From the NCBI GenBank assembly GCA_030141605.1, contig JAQGDQ010002371.1, positions 124,001-188,000 of the forward strand: a DNA stretch of 64,000 bases, read 5' to 3'. Numbering within the stretch: the first letter of the stretch is position 1; each line of letters starts with the position of its first letter. Below, in pieces: positions 13,239 through 27,900 of the stretch. The position numbers and the translations under genes were made by a program. This DNA comes from Tubiluchus corallicola (Eukaryota > Animalia > Priapulida). A model generated the notes under the pieces. It did no database searches. It saw only the letters and a list, made by a program, of their open reading frames with translations, and had not been told where the DNA came from.

Positions 13239-15410
13239 ATTGAAATGGTGGATCTTCACCAGAACATACCTGCTTTTAGACTGCGCAGTCAGTACGTGGC
13301 ATTTGTTTGTAAGCGAGCAAAGCCGCATTCCGTGTCACGTGTAATTGATATGTATGCTTGGTGACAGCAGCTGTTTGTGCTTTCTGTTTTGTTTTGTATT
13401 CTCGTCACAGTTTGATCATGGAATTAGACGTAAACAGATTGGATTGTTTGCCAAAATGAACCACATGAAATGAATGAGTGTGACAGGTTTCACTTAAATT
13501 TGTTATAATTTAAAATTCCGATTCTGAGTATCAGGCTGCCAGTTCATATAAAATATGTGTAGAGAGGTCATATTTATATCCGAACGTGGTTAAGATACTT
13601 CAGTCTATGCGGTGTCTCATTTTTGAGCATTAGCTTTGCAGCTGATCCAGATTTCGGCACAACTACAACCGTTCACCTTAATTTGATCTTGCGATTAAGT
13701 GCTGGATTTAAGTTTGCTGTCAGTCGAAGTGTTTCAAAACATAGTATTTATGGGTAAAAAGTAAACACTTTTCTCGATGTGCCGTTCTTATGATACAAGC
13801 TACGCTACTAGAAGGAATTACATAGTTGTGATAGACGATGACTTACTATATCAGTGAACTGACAAGCAGAAATTATTAAGAGAAAACCAAACAATAGATA
13901 TATATTCCATTTTTGGGTGACAATAAATAAGAACCACATTGTTCCCCCAGCAAAAGAAATACTAATGTTTTCACTTCCAATAAATAGGATTATAGACACC
14001 GCTGGATGCGTATAATTGATTAAATGAGAATGGTGAAATACTGTCCAACCCGAAAATACAGAAAAAAAACCTCACAGAAACTTAGAGAAAAGCTTAAAAT
14101 ACCTAAAAAGGACAGTCACCACAACCAGTTTTCGATAATTAACAAAACTGGAAAAGTAAATCGAAAGATACTTTATTGTGTTAACCTGATGGTAACTTTG
14201 TGTGGTGTTTTTCCCTCTTTTCTAATTCACTTGTAGTCTGTTTGTTGAAAGTATGATAATAAATAATAGTTGACATAAGAGGTTTATTTTTTATCGATTA
14301 CTGCTGAAGAATCCATATTTTGTGGTTATTATTTACCGAGTGCACCCTTATCATCGGCGAAGAGTAAATCATAATCAATTGGATTTTCTTTCGATTTTTG
14401 GTTTTACTGACTGGCTTCTTTCGTCCCGCGAGTTCGTTAGGAAACCTCAAGAAGCGCGCCAGCTGCTATAAAGTGCAAGTCTTGGAAAATTTATAATCAA
14501 AGACTCGTCGAAAATGGAATTTGATTAAATTAGGGTTAACTAACCATTTGAAAGCGGGATAGAACCGGAAACATGCCATCTTCTACACTGGAATTAAAGT
14601 TAGTAAATGCACTATCACCAGTGGGATTCTTACATTTGAGGTATTATTAAGCAAGTATACTGTCTTCTTTCATCTTAGTGATTAAAACTAAAAGAGCATT
14701 CACATAGGATATTGGTCCTGTTACTGCTGAACTACAATAACAAAGTTTTGGCTTTCAGGGTGAGGATGATTAGTTGCATAACTCTACATCACGTCCGTCC
14801 GCACTACGTCCTTAATGCAAATCACAGAAAGACAAATGGAGTACAAGAAGAGAGAGAGAATTAATAAAAAAATAAATATCTTTTATTTTACATTATATTT
14901 ACATAACGCAAATTCCTCTAACTGTAGGGTAACCTAACAAAAATTAAATCACGACTGTGTAAAAACTATATAACCTATGTCAATATTAATCACATCCAAA
15001 ATTGTGAGGTAAGGTTTGTTAATCACAAGTGGTGTTTGACACAGAAATGTGTATTAAGAAAAATTATCGATGAAATGGTATTTCATGTAATTAGCTAGGA
15101 ATACAAGGTAGTATGCACAACAAGGCATGGTAATTTTCTGAACGACAGCTTTGAATAGTTATGCAATTAATTTAAATGTCAAATTATAGCTGATTACTTA
15201 CTAAACAAAGCGCGCAATTCTGACTATATTGCCAATACATTCCACATTACAGGTTATAAGGTTATGGTCAAGTTATCGTTAATAAACAAGTATGTTTTTG
15301 AGAACTCATTTACAATTTCAAAAAATATATTGCAGGCATTTATACCTCTGTCTATGAGCATGTGATTAATATTGTTTCCGATGATGAAATGAAACCATAT
15401 TTTGCATTTT

Positions 15411-15506
15411 CACTAGATACACCAACATTGCAGATGAACTTACACTAGATACACCAACATTGCAGATGAACTTACACTAGATACACCAACATTGCAGATG
15501 AACTTA
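15411..15506. repeat. Perfect 32-bp tandem repeat x3 (minisatellite)
   Basis: cactagatacaccaacattgcagatgaactta three times head to tail with no spacers. Confidence 0.95.
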
Positions 15507-15610
15507 GGTTACACTACGTTTTAGTATGTGTGCAGGCTTGTGTTGAGTGGAGAGAAGAAGAGACCGAGAGAAAAACAGATGGGAGAAAAAAGATAGAGAT
15601 TAAAAGAGAG

Positions 15611-15716
<106 letters not shown>

Positions 15717-18209
15717 CTATGGTAATGTAGCTTAGCTGAGTCTTATTTTGTTCAGTTTCTATCGGCACAAGAGTCAAGTCGTCTGGGTTTGTTATAGCCT
15801 CCTTGCATATGGCTTCTGCTCGTGCCCGCCCATTCTTCTAATGTGAAGCCACCTAGATGAGAGATGTTTAAAGACCCACAATTGGCGTACATTCACTACG
15901 TTCAATTGGAATGAAGACGAGCATGGCTAAATCATAATTATGGAAAAATAGAACTGGGTCAGTCGTGCCTAGCCTTATAACACTCTCCCCGATCTTACAA
16001 GTCGCCATGATTTCAAAAAAGACATTTCATTGTGGCTTCTTGCTCTGACAAGATTGAATTTGAATTCAACAAAAGTTTTTTCTTTTGTCTTTCCTTTAAA
16101 TTCTTACATACTGCGCAGAAACATATCTTTTAGCAGTATAAAACAATAGATTTTTAAAAAAAAAATTAATTACACATAAACAATTTTCAAAGTAAAATTC
16201 AAAGGATGATGCACTACATTATGTCGTGTTTTCATGTCAAGCGTCTAAACCGCAGATGGAACATGGGTACCAACAATGTCTCTCGGTGTGAACGTTGCAT
16301 GCTTATTCATGTAGTGGAGCAGTTGGCTAATCACTGTATTGATGGGACACTAGTCGTGTTTGTCGGTTTATCTTCATATAAAGGCACTGATTCTGAAGGG
16401 TTTGAAAGCCAACATCAAGTGCGAGTTATGTAGGGTAGAAGCAGATTTCATGTCAAGTACTGCGCTGCCAAGGCTTTAAGAAACCAATAACTATGAGAAA
16501 CCACTTGATTCGTGTATCCCAAGTTCGTTCTCTAGTTTGCCTGACTGCTACTAAGTTAGTTTCACTAATAGGTAATGAATAATAGTAATTGTGGCTGGTA
16601 GTACTGTTTTTTACTTTTGTGTTTTCCTGTGTTTTATTTTTTGTGCCTCTATGATGTTTTTTTAGGTGCAATCAATATAAAAACCCCAAAACAACTAGTT
16701 TTAGCAGTAACTTCTCTTTTTTTCATTCATCCACCTGATGATGATAAACAGCAGTGGCAGTAGGACACGTGATGCATTTTTGGTTGTTTTAATTAAAGTG
16801 ATTTTTTAGTAATTGCCACTATTGCCATTAAGAAAAAAATTTGCATTAGCTAGGTTGAATGTACGTGATTACAAAATAACACTTTTAAAGAAAACGTAAG
16901 CAGCGTAGAGTAGTAACTGTTGCCTGTTACTGTAACTGACTAGAACTGAAATAAATAAATGAAGTTGGAACAGCAGAGTTAACGGAAATTGTCCCGGCGG
17001 TTAGTACCTATTTACTCAACAATGACTAATAAAGCGATAATGTTGATTTGATGGTTTTAGTAATTAAGCGCAGTTAAAGAGCAATCTCTTCTGGAGCTAC
17101 TAAATGAGAAGTATACCCTTTAACATTTACAAATTTCAACGCTAGATGGCAGCACAAAGCAATCACGGGAGAAGATGCAAATACTTTACGCAAGTTGATC
17201 GGTTGCCAAGCATATTTTCCTTAGGACTTGGGATTTCTCTGGGTAAAACTTAGCATATTGGTTGTTTCCGGTTATGGTATTAATTTGCAAGAAAATTATT
17301 TATATAAATTGTGTTTTTTTGTTATCCGATCTTATTCAACGAAAAATGACGTTGTTGTTTACTATTTGAAGTTTGCAATTTCCTAAATTGTGTCTAACGT
17401 TTACTGTTTAGTAAACTAACAAAAATTCTTTTCTTCAGCATATTGCCTGTTAATTTTCGGAGGCTTCCAATTCGGCTGTTACGTTTCCTCTCGGCTCATT
17501 TGGTCTGTCATTTCCAATTGGCATACTCATACATATGAGTCATCTTGCTTGTTCAGTCTTCAGAATTGTCTATTCGTATTAATCAATTATTCGATGCTGG
17601 TGTCACCAAACTGTTTCTACAGAGACATTAGGACGATAGAGAATGCTCCACAGTGCATTGAGATACAATTAAGATGAGGCAGCGTCGAGTACAGGCGTTG
17701 ATAATTGGTTTTTCGTCAAGCACCGACAGCCACTTTATGCGATACATCTATGTTGTAACTGCGGCGGCACAATTGAAGGCGGGTGCGTCTCAAAACAAAA
17801 TAACCGAATCAGAGATAAGCTTAATAGTCAAAATTTCCCCTGCCAGGCCTATATTAATTAAGGTGCAAATTGTCAATAATCGTCAAGGAATAAGTTCTGT
17901 AGCAAATTTCAGAAAAAGTTTAGAAATAAATCTCAACTGAACCCCGCTATTCTTAAAGTTTCAAAAAAATAGGAATACGTCTGTTCTAGTTCTTACTATA
18001 ACAGTATTCTTACTAAAAAAATATGTCAGCTGTATCCGTAAAAGTATAACATTAAACTTTTTAACATGAAAATAATACAGATGTTTAAAAATTTCTTTAC
18101 TTTGGATTACTAAGCGTTAATGTTATTGTTCTTCCCGTTTCACTCACACGAGCCTCTGTTCTAAGTTAGAGTACTTCAAAGTTCTCAAATCCTTTGATCT
18201 ACTGTTAAA

Positions 18210-18690
18210 TTTATGTTCAGCTGCTACAGACTTTTGTTAATTGCTGATATCCAAGTTGTCTTTGGTTTGCCTGGAGATCGTTTAGCAGTGATCGTTTAAT
18301 GCTACTGTTTCTGGCAATCTCATTAAATATCCTCCTTCTTAGCTTTTTGGATTCAATTTTTGAGGTTTAAAGTACCTTTTTGGTTAAGTTGTAGAGCTGC
18401 TCATGTTATTTTGTTAGATTCTAGGACATTGGGTCCCAGCAGTTGGGCCCCATATCATACACGGTCATTTTATTTTAAAAACTTTTTATGTAAGCCTCCG
18501 TGAAATTGTATACATATTCTAGATCCATACATCAATTTCTTTTTCTTGTGTTGCGAATTCTAACACTACATTTCACTATTGTACATGAAGATACTGGTTT
18601 ACGTATCCATTAAAGAGCCGCAGCCTTATTTTGAGAGATATACCGCTTAAACAATTGATTTATTCTGGGTAAAAAACATGGCCTTCTGTT
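18210..18690 (-). mobile_element. Degraded RTE-like LINE, C-terminal part of ORF
   Basis: Frameshifted minus-strand peptides LRLFNGYV / TSIFMYNSEM* ... GYLMRLPET ... AKRSPGKPKTTWISAINKSL, typical of the RTE-type post-RT region (YNSE-W; GH-hR...RGRP-TTW). Confidence 0.75.
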
Positions 18691-18726
18691 TTTTATTCTT
18701 AATAATATCATCTTCTGTACTGAGCA

Positions 18727-18809
<83 letters not shown>

Positions 18810-18810
18810 T

Positions 18811-18905
<95 letters not shown>

Positions 18906-18946
18906 ATAGTAGTAGTAGTAGTGCTAGTAGTTGTTGTTGTTGTTGC

Positions 18947-19003
<57 letters not shown>
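18727..19003. repeat. Compound microsatellite (TTA)n-(GTA)n-(GTT)n
   Basis: Directly visible; source of the poly-L/poly-V ORF 18678-19025. Confidence 0.97.
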
Positions 19004-22000
19004 AGCAGCGTTAAGAATTTGTTAGCTTTAAAATAACAATATTCTTACCAATAGAGTGTATTAAGTAATACATTTTTTACCAAAAAATGCTGCGTTTAAC
19101 AACATTTTTAATTGTCAACATCAAAATGTGTCAGATAACTGTAAAAACAAAATTTTCACTAACAAAGTATTACAATTAACAATGTTCTTTACCTGTTAAA
19201 AATATCATTAATAAACACTTTGTGCAGAACAAACAGTAGATACTGCATTAATTGACAGTGAGACGCTGTTCTCAATTGACAAAGTAGAAAAGCCTTATGA
19301 ATTTACTGGCCAGGGAAACATTTCAACGGTAAAACTGATAATAATACCATCATCCACATGTAGTTAATACAATTAATTAACATTTGTCCCAGTGGCTTTC
19401 GGCATTAAATATAGTTAGTTTTTGAGAAAAAATGATAAAAAATTGTTACTAAAAGGCATTTATTTTTTAATATATTTATTACATTAAGCAAGACTAGGTA
19501 GCTGAGATAGTCATTTGTCTTATATTGTTTACATAGAATTTTTGGCATATCTCAGCTGGTTAGCTGACTCATATTTCACAGGGTGCCTAATTTAGCGTTT
19601 ATTTCACCTTGTTCATATTTATGCAGGTGGTACGTGGCTGGTTGCGTTTATTTTTAGCACAACCTTCAGTGCAGACTGCCAAACGATGTAAAAACAATAA
19701 TGCTTGTTAAAATTTTGACCGCAGAAACAACTATTTGGAAATAGCGGCAATCATCTTGGTTATTAGGTTTCGATCTGTCTAAACCAATAAGTCTAATATG
19801 ACAAAAAGATATCTGGCAGTGTCGCCGCCAACTCGATCCGCTAAATGTTTTCCAGAAATATAAGTGTACGACAGTCGATGCCAAACGAAAATTGATCTAG
19901 AAATTGTCTGAACGCCGTTTTCGGTCAACACTACAGCGAGTTTTGAATGGAAATGATGCAGAGGCGGCATTTATCACTCACTTGAGACAAAGCGATTCCA
20001 AGAATATAAAACTTAATGTGCATAAGGAACATTCGAAATAAGTTTTCATCTATTAGTCACTGGCAGCTTTGTGCGAACGTCTACCCAAGAGATAAGCTAT
20101 ATACTTATATAGATGCACTCTGTAGGTTTTAAATTGTTATTAATATGTTTGTGTGTCGGGATAAACCCACATGCTTACAAAATTTTTGAAACTAAGCAAG
20201 AAAGAAAAAGTGTGAAAATTCGAGACTGAAACTGTACTTGAATTAGGGATTTTCCGATTACAAGTTCAAGTACCAAAATTGAAGAGTAGTTTACTTTCGC
20301 ATGTAATAAGGTGAGAGAAATAATTTTGTGTCTTTGGCTCGAAGGTCTAACAGTATCTGCAGTATCCTCGGCTGCAGATAAAGAAAACTTGTCGGTAGAT
20401 GTAGAAAAATGCGGTATCCAGGAAACCACATGATGTGCTACATGGTTTTCATACAGCAGTTGAGGTTTGCCCGCACTTCGAACAAACTTTGTTCGGCGTT
20501 TTTGAGCAACATTCAGTGTATCTCTAGTAAAAGCAGGTACCTGTTGCGAAGTAGCTAAAACTCTTAACTCTGAAGACGAAAAAATCTTTAGCGCAGACTC
20601 AACGGTGCCGTACTGAAATACTGAACGTCAGAATATCGTGGTAAGACTGCAGGACCAGATTTGTGGGAAAATCTTTGAACTGCAACCCTCCGTACTGGCC
20701 ACCAGTGAATTGTCGGCGATGGAGTTGAGAAATTGTCAGGAACATGCAGAATAATAGACTTAAAAAGTGTCAGAATGTTCTTCTAGCATCTTCCTTGCCA
20801 GTGGAAATGCACCAGTGAATCGAGCACGGAACTGTTGCCTCCCTGCCTACTTGTAGATGCCAGTATACAATGGCTCCCTAATGGATGGAACCATTCCAAT
20901 GTACGAGTGTGAAAAAATGGCATTTCACTTAAAATACTTCACGTGGATATATGTCAACGAATTTTGCGTCGATTGACGAAGTCGGATTTTTGATCCGCCA
21001 TTTTGAATTCAAGATGTCGGCAAATAACATCATTTTCGAAAAAAGCATAAGGCTCCGCTAGTTCGCGACGGATCGTCATGAGACTTTATGCGAATATGTT
21101 AGAAGAAAGTCCGGGTTGACCCATGAAATTTTTGACCTGCCGTCTTGAATTCAGTGAGTCACCGGCTACAATAAATCGAGTCGAACTTGATCTTTCGCAA
21201 ATCGTGTTGTATTTACTGTATCCGAAGAAACTGTATCAGCGTTATTCAGTAAAGTTGCGGGTTTTGTTTAATTGTTTGTTTGTTTAATTCTCTGATATAT
21301 GTTCTTGTTGTTGCTCCAGAAAATTTGTCTTATAGTGCCATTAATGAGATTAAGAAAGCATATTTAAACGAAGTGGCCTATAATGGGATTAAAAGGTAGC
21401 TTAACAGATTAGTAACGGACCTTACTTGTATCTGACTTGTATTGCTTGCCTTTACAGCAAAAGTTTTATATAAAAAATCTGGATGTTTAGTTAAATTCAA
21501 CGATGAAATAACAATAATTTTCTTACACAAACTCAGTAAACTGATGCCCAACATTATAATAACTGGTTTCTTCAGTAACTGGTAACTGAGAGTCGGTGGG
21601 TAGTATTTTGCTCAGTTCGTTAGGAGCGGGACAGGGATCCAACTCAATCCTTACTTAATGTAGATGGCTGTGACTGGGCTGGGATTTGGATCACTATCAA
21701 GGATCATCCCCTAAGGTGAGACATTGAACCAGTAGATGAATTTGAATCACGTTCGGATGCGGGTACATCCTACGTCAATGACGCAATAGGCAGTTGAAGT
21801 CATTCAGAAGCAAGTTTTTTGGCTTTCATGCATCCATTTACTGGTGTGGTTCATTGTTGCCTAACCTTCATTACAAAACAGAAAACAAACTGTTATTTTG
21901 TCTTATAAGTAAGCTAGCTGTTCAGTTTGAGTAACCCTTGTAAGATGTCTATCTTGTAAATTGCCTATTCAATGTCAAGGATTTTCAAATAATGATAGAA

Positions 22001-25000
22001 ATAAAAATAATAAAATTACTCAACCTGAGTGATTTCGTTTGCCTGATGTACATGTACAGGCGCTTTCTTTTTATTTGGGGTAACAGTGGTTATTCTCGGA
22101 GAATCCTCAGTTGAAAAATGAATCTTATATTGTGGTATAATTATGTTACGCTTTGGAGCTGATATTCTTTTCCAAAAGAAGCAGAGGCCTTCATTCGTAC
22201 ATTGTAATGCTCCATGTCTATTAAAGAGTCATTATTTAAACGGTAGAGCCATTTAGACGGACACATAATTTGATTGTGCAGTGTTATCTCTATCAATATG
22301 CGTAGCACGATACCGTCCACAGTAGCCTTTGCGTTGAGTACAATTCCTAATCTATACTACATTTCTAGTGAACTTCGACAGAAAAGTTTCCCTCGGATTA
22401 CTGCACTGGGCTCACTGTGCATTACTATGCGTGACAGTGCCGGTTAATTAAAGATTATTAATCAAATATTAGCTAATATCTGACAGAGGCTTAACTTAAA
22501 CGATGAAAGAGTGTGGTTTTCAATGTTGTCATAATCAAGTCATTTGCGATCGAAGAATTTTGCGTGCGCGTATGTCAACATGTGTTTGCTTACACATAGA
22601 CCATTGCTCTAGTTGGTCTAGTCTGTGGTTTCTTTGTTTCACGTTGTGTTGACATTGCTCTTTGGAGTTTTTCGACGCTGATGACATACCACAGGAGGAA
22701 TCAATGCATCAATGCCTGTGTTGACTACTGGGGGGAACAAGAAGCCAAGATAGAAACCAAACAACTTTACACTGCGTTCGAGAACGCCAGGAAGTTGATT
22801 GTGTGCAGTGCGGAATTTAATTTCCGCAAAATGTGTGAAAACGCTCGTATAATAGTCATTTGAGCACTGCATTTCTGCAAACACGGAGGCAAATATATGT
22901 AGGTTTGATTTGCAAATTACGAGCCTGGAATTTTTAAGCTATAGTGACTGTTTAAAGGTGAATAATACATTTCGTAATATGTTATCATAAAGGCTGTCCT
23001 TATTTTGACATCGTTTTAGACTACAATTTCGTGAAATGTAAGTAGCACGTCATTTGTAAGCACTTTGACACATGATAAATGAATAAACGAAGTCTAATTA
23101 TAACATACTTCACACATGCTATTACAGTATTGTCATTAGCGACAATTGATTCAAATTAGTGCACCTAACTCCTGCAGTGGCATTTCTGACGCACTTTGAA
23201 GATTTCTTTCCAGTGAAACCAAACTTCGTAAGTACGCATCTGTTTGACGATTCAGTGTGCTTACAACTGAGCGCAGACAATTGAATAAAATAAACCTGAG
23301 AAGGTTTCTCGTGGCAAGCTTAACAATTTAGTTCTCAATCGATGCCCAAAGCAGCGCATTAGAGATGGACGGGGCTTCTACTGTGAATGAACAATGAACA
23401 AACCTAAAAATAGAAAACAACGCTTTCGCTTAAACGTTTATGTATGGACTGGGAAAAGGTGGTGTTCTGTGATGGTTTATTAATTACATTCTCAATATGA
23501 AGAAGTAAAAACAGCTCTGTCAAGTCGTTTGTTTGCTGGCCAAAACAGTCTTATGAAGGCGTTGGATTTGTACAACGGGTTCAGAGCCGTCTATCGTTTT
23601 CTACTGCGACTGCTGCTGACGGCAGTAGTGCTCAGAAGTAAGTGTGTATATTCAAAATTTATTGTTATAATTAGCTTGAATCAGGTTGATTCAATAGAGG
23701 GAGAATGATACAATATGATACAATAGAGGGCGTATGTTGAACCATCTGCTAGTTCCTCTTGATTCATTTAAGATGGACTATCCTTGATAATGAGGTAGGT
23801 TCTATATACCGTATTAGTATAGTAATGTTATTGTCCAAAACATTAATAAAATATATTTAATGTTTTAATGAATAATAAAACAAACCCATCGCAACGTCAA
23901 CAGCATATAATTTACGTGTATTAAGCAGTTGTAGTCGTTCAATTCTGGATTTTTGCTTGCAATATCTGCGTAAAAAATTAAATAAAGTGAAATTGACGTA
24001 TTGTACAGCAAATTCCTCTTTCTTGCAAACTGCAGTAATTAACAAGAAAAATAGACAGGTATTTCAAGAAAGAACGCCTTATAACAAGTATGATGGCGTT
24101 AAAGTTAAGAACATAGTGGGACTCCTTTGTACCACTGTATATGTTTATCGTACAAGAGACCCAAAAAGGCGTAACAAGGTCTTTTTAATGCTACTCCAAG
24201 ACAGTCTAAATTGAGCTATGTAGGGAAAATATGGCCGGGAGAGAAACTTAGTCAGAAAGCAAAAGTAAAAAAAATAGATAAAAACCAAATAAGTAAATTG
24301 ATAAATACTCCATTTGCATGTATGAATGGGTAACTGGGTAGATTAAAGAATAAATTGATGAAGGAGCACATGAACAAATGGATGGATGAAAGGATGAATG
24401 AACGAATGAATGAATGAATGAATGAATAGATGGTTAAGCAAATAAATAAACAAATTGTTGTTTTACAGCCAAAGATAAAATTTCTGTAGCATGGAAAAAG
24501 GAATGAAGTCATTTTAGTATCTATTTGGAACATTAGCATTTTCCCAGATATTTTCCCTTTCCGTCGGTTATGGCATTACATCACCAAGTAGTCTGTTTTT
24601 GTAATGCGCTAATTCCTTTTTTATGACAAAAAAATAATGCATGTAGTTTGAGTGCTAAAACTTTTGTATTCAGTTTGTGTGATTCATTTGTGCGAAATTG
24701 TATTTAAGTAATATCTATTATCTGTCCGTAACAATGCATGTTAATCATTCCTTTTGTTTTAGTATTCATCTTCCCTAGCCTATGTAAACATATTTAGAAT
24801 AAAATTTAAAAAACATGTCTAAAATGGGTAATGAGCGTTCAACGTGAATGGAAAATTATTTTATTTTAATGAGATTTACGATATCAAACGCAAAATTGGC
24901 GTTTGAAAGAATCATAATTTAAGTATCACTGTAATCAAATTGCACATTGATTGATTCCAGCATCAAACTACTGAAGCTGCTGACGAGGTGTTAACAGACA

Positions 25001-25194
25001 TTTAACTGCTATTTAGACACGTTCCTGTAGAACGTTGGATCAGATCAGTTTGATTCAGTCTCAACGCACATGCATTGCAAGTGAAGAAATGTTGGACCAG
25101 TATACCACACTTAACCGCAGGTGCCTTAACAATATGATGGAATCACTTGTAAAAATCTTCCAATGCCGTATAAGTTTTAATATTCAAAAGTTGA

Positions 25195-25490
25195 AAGTAC
25201 CTCATCTCATCTCACGTACCCTACTTCGTGCCAAGTGGCACGTATAAGGCCTCGCCGACCGTCCTCAACCGCGCCCTGTCGGGCTGTATGATCCGAAAAC
25301 ACTCGAAGACGTTGTAGTGTCTGTAAATGTCTGTGGTTTCCGTAATCAATTGATTTTTACAGTATTTTACTGATTAGCCGAATGCCCAAACTCTGCAACC
25401 TGAGACAAGGTGGTTTTCTACCTGCATTGATATGCAATCAGTGTCCTACTCATAGCCCCAGTCCGTGTGATTCCTGTGACTCCTCTTGTG
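25195..25490. mobile_element. RTE-related retroposon relic
   Basis: Minus strand of 25195-25290 reads DRARLRTVGEALYVPLGTK* plus a (GAGAT)n tail, like an RTE 3' end; adjacent + strand gtttccgtaatc...ttagccgaatgcccaaactctgcaacctg resembles RTE-associated 5' sequence. Confidence 0.5.
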
Positions 25491-26436
25491 TATATAGTCG
25501 TACTTAAAAATTAATAAGTGGTAATTTGAGTTTCATTTTAACGCAAGCCTTATGAATGGCATCCATTTTTATTGACCCATATCTAGCATTGTTATCTTCC
25601 ACGCCCGCATGCTAAAAATCCGAGGCGGTATTCAATGAAGCCATCACGTATAGTACGGCGGCCAATAATTTGTAAAATGACAAACCAGACGGAAAGCAAC
25701 TAATCAGCAAATTCGATAGAGAAAATGACGCTACTTTTCGTGAACCGGAAGCGGTTTCGCAATCGGGAAAATCAGCGGAAATTTATCCATGAAAATGTTG
25801 TACATTCCTTCGGTGGGTAATAGTAATCGATCCAGTAACATTTTCTTCAGTATTTATGTTACTTAGAAAATTGTTGTTTGCATAATTATAAGAACGTCAT
25901 TAGTAGTGTTTAAAAGTGCATATAAATTCAATTCAAAATAATTCAATTCTATAATTTTGTCGCAAACGAAATTAATTGAAAGTACACTACTGATGCACTT
26001 CGTGAGTCGAACTAGTTTATTATCGCACTTTGCTTCCTTGTAGCTAACGTAACAAAGTTTTCTGAGAAAGCAAACGTTTCAAAAGCTTCGGTGTTTGGTG
26101 ATTTAATATCTAAGAGTTGGTTTAAAACGTCAGTCTTCGCAGCTTTTTCATAAGATGTTGGTACAGTCCGTGTAAAGAGTAATTTTGTCGAGATTGCTTG
26201 CCTGTGTGCCAGTTTGAATGTTTAACACTTTACATGTGGACATTTACATTGACGCAACCATTCCAATACGAAACTGGATGAAAGGAACGTGGACAAATTC
26301 TAAGGATGATTTTGCAAAAGCTGGTACAAGCAAATCATTTGTGCCGTTTGTTTATAGTAACTATTTGCCGAAATTACTTTTGCCACATAAAAAATATATA
26401 ATTTAGTGGTGTTATTGAAAGGTGGTAAGGGATATA

Positions 26437-26816
26437 AAGGGGCGTAGCAAGACTTTACGACATCCCAGGGTGATACTTCTGTCCCGCCCATTTCTGAACA
26501 GATTAAACAATTGCTTGTGGTGTATTAGAAACACTATTAACCTGGTCTCTACGTGGTCAGTATTAATTACATGCATTTGCGTATAGATTCTATTTAAGCG
26601 GAGTGCGCAACAGCTTGTTGTGTAATAATACCTTGCACCTGTTCGTTATGTTGCATTTATATAAAACGGCGCTCAATAACTGCCTGTGGTGTGTTATGAA
26701 ACTTTACGTGAATATGAAAGTATACACATTTTCCAAGGAGAATAAGATTTTTTTCTAAAATGTGACGCCCCTCAAATTTTGGCGCCCTAGTTAACCTATT
26801 GGTTAATACGCCTCTG
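26437..26816. mobile_element. hAT-type MITE, 380 bp
   Basis: Imperfect TIRs aaggggcgta / tacgcctctg; perfect 8-bp TSD gggatata at 26429-26436 and 26817-26824. Confidence 0.85.
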
Positions 26817-27609
26817 GGGATATAATGTTACCGCTGCCAGCACATGCGAACAGAACTTCAGAACTATTATATGGTTACATGCAAGATCAATTGGTGGTAA
26901 TACCATTCTCTTATCATCTTCTATTTAGCCGTTAATTGCCAATAGTCTAAACACGTATTACGGTTTTTCTCAAATTTTCCCACTAGTATCTATGCGACAC
27001 TAGAGCAAAGTCAACGGTCAGAAGCTATAATAACCTCAGCTCCCTTTTTGCAAAACTTCCCCCTAATGACATTGCCGCCCGTTATGACTCGTTAAGGAAA
27101 AAAATCCGCTATACTGCCCTTGCTGAGGCCAATTTTCCTAAGAGCAATGTGGGAAGCCATTGATATATTATCTGAACAGTTAGTCATAAAGCCATAATAT
27201 TCTCGCTAAAATCAACAAAATGCAGGTCACGAATGTGGTGGGTAATTTGTGCATGGCACGAATAAGCATTTACCGTATAAGCTTTCTGTATAGATATGAC
27301 TGTCATCTGTAGCGTTGTCAATAGAGCCTAGAGCCTATTTGGAATTGCATTTCAAATTAAAATTATTAACTATATTGAAAGAATGCCTTTGCAATTACAG
27401 AGTAAAAACCTGTATTATGCGAAGCACTAAAAATCGCTGCAATTGCTGGTTTTGTTCATTTCAGTTATTTACTAAACTAGTTCGGAATGCGAAGCATTGC
27501 GTTACTTGGTTATTTTGGTTTTTCTGCCCAATTGCCAGGATATGTCGCTTGAAAACATCATTTACCGTTCCCATAGATTCATTTTCACTTTATGATTTAT
27601 GTTATTTAT

Positions 27610-27689
27610 CTCTTCTTATCTCCCCCTCTTCGATTCCCTTCCTCGCTTCCTCTCTCCGTCCCTCCCTTTCTCGTTTCTCGCTCTCTCTT

Positions 27690-27766
<77 letters not shown>

Positions 27767-27900
27767 ACTCTCTGTCTTACCTGTGTTTCTCTCCGCCTTT
27801 CCTCTGTCTTTTTCTCTCTATTCCATGCCTTTCTCTCCCCCTCTCTCTTTCTCTCTCTCGTCTTTCTCTTCTAACTCTTTTTTTCTTCCTATGTTTCTCT
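27610..27900. repeat. (CT)n microsatellite with CT-rich flanks
   Basis: Directly visible; near-pure run ~27692-27764. Confidence 0.95.

Noticed and set aside
15411-15506. 32-bp repeats as a CRISPR array
   Set aside because: Units are contiguous with no spacers, there are no cas genes, and the context is eukaryotic.
19497-19568. agctgagata/tatctcagct hairpin with miR-216-like string
   Set aside because: The stem is short and the miRNA-like sequence runs off the base of the hairpin.
20300-21200. Possible degraded DNA transposase with Cys-rich end and cgccattttgaattcaagatg subterminal motif
   Set aside because: No continuous reading frame or diagnostic motif; cannot be supported by eye.
21608-21650. 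gctcagttcgttaggagcg as a tRNA gene
   Set aside because: Only a D-arm-like string; no T-arm/B-box or cloverleaf.
23791-23810. tgaggtaggttctata resembles let-7
   Set aside because: 3-nt deletion relative to let-7 and no hairpin partner.
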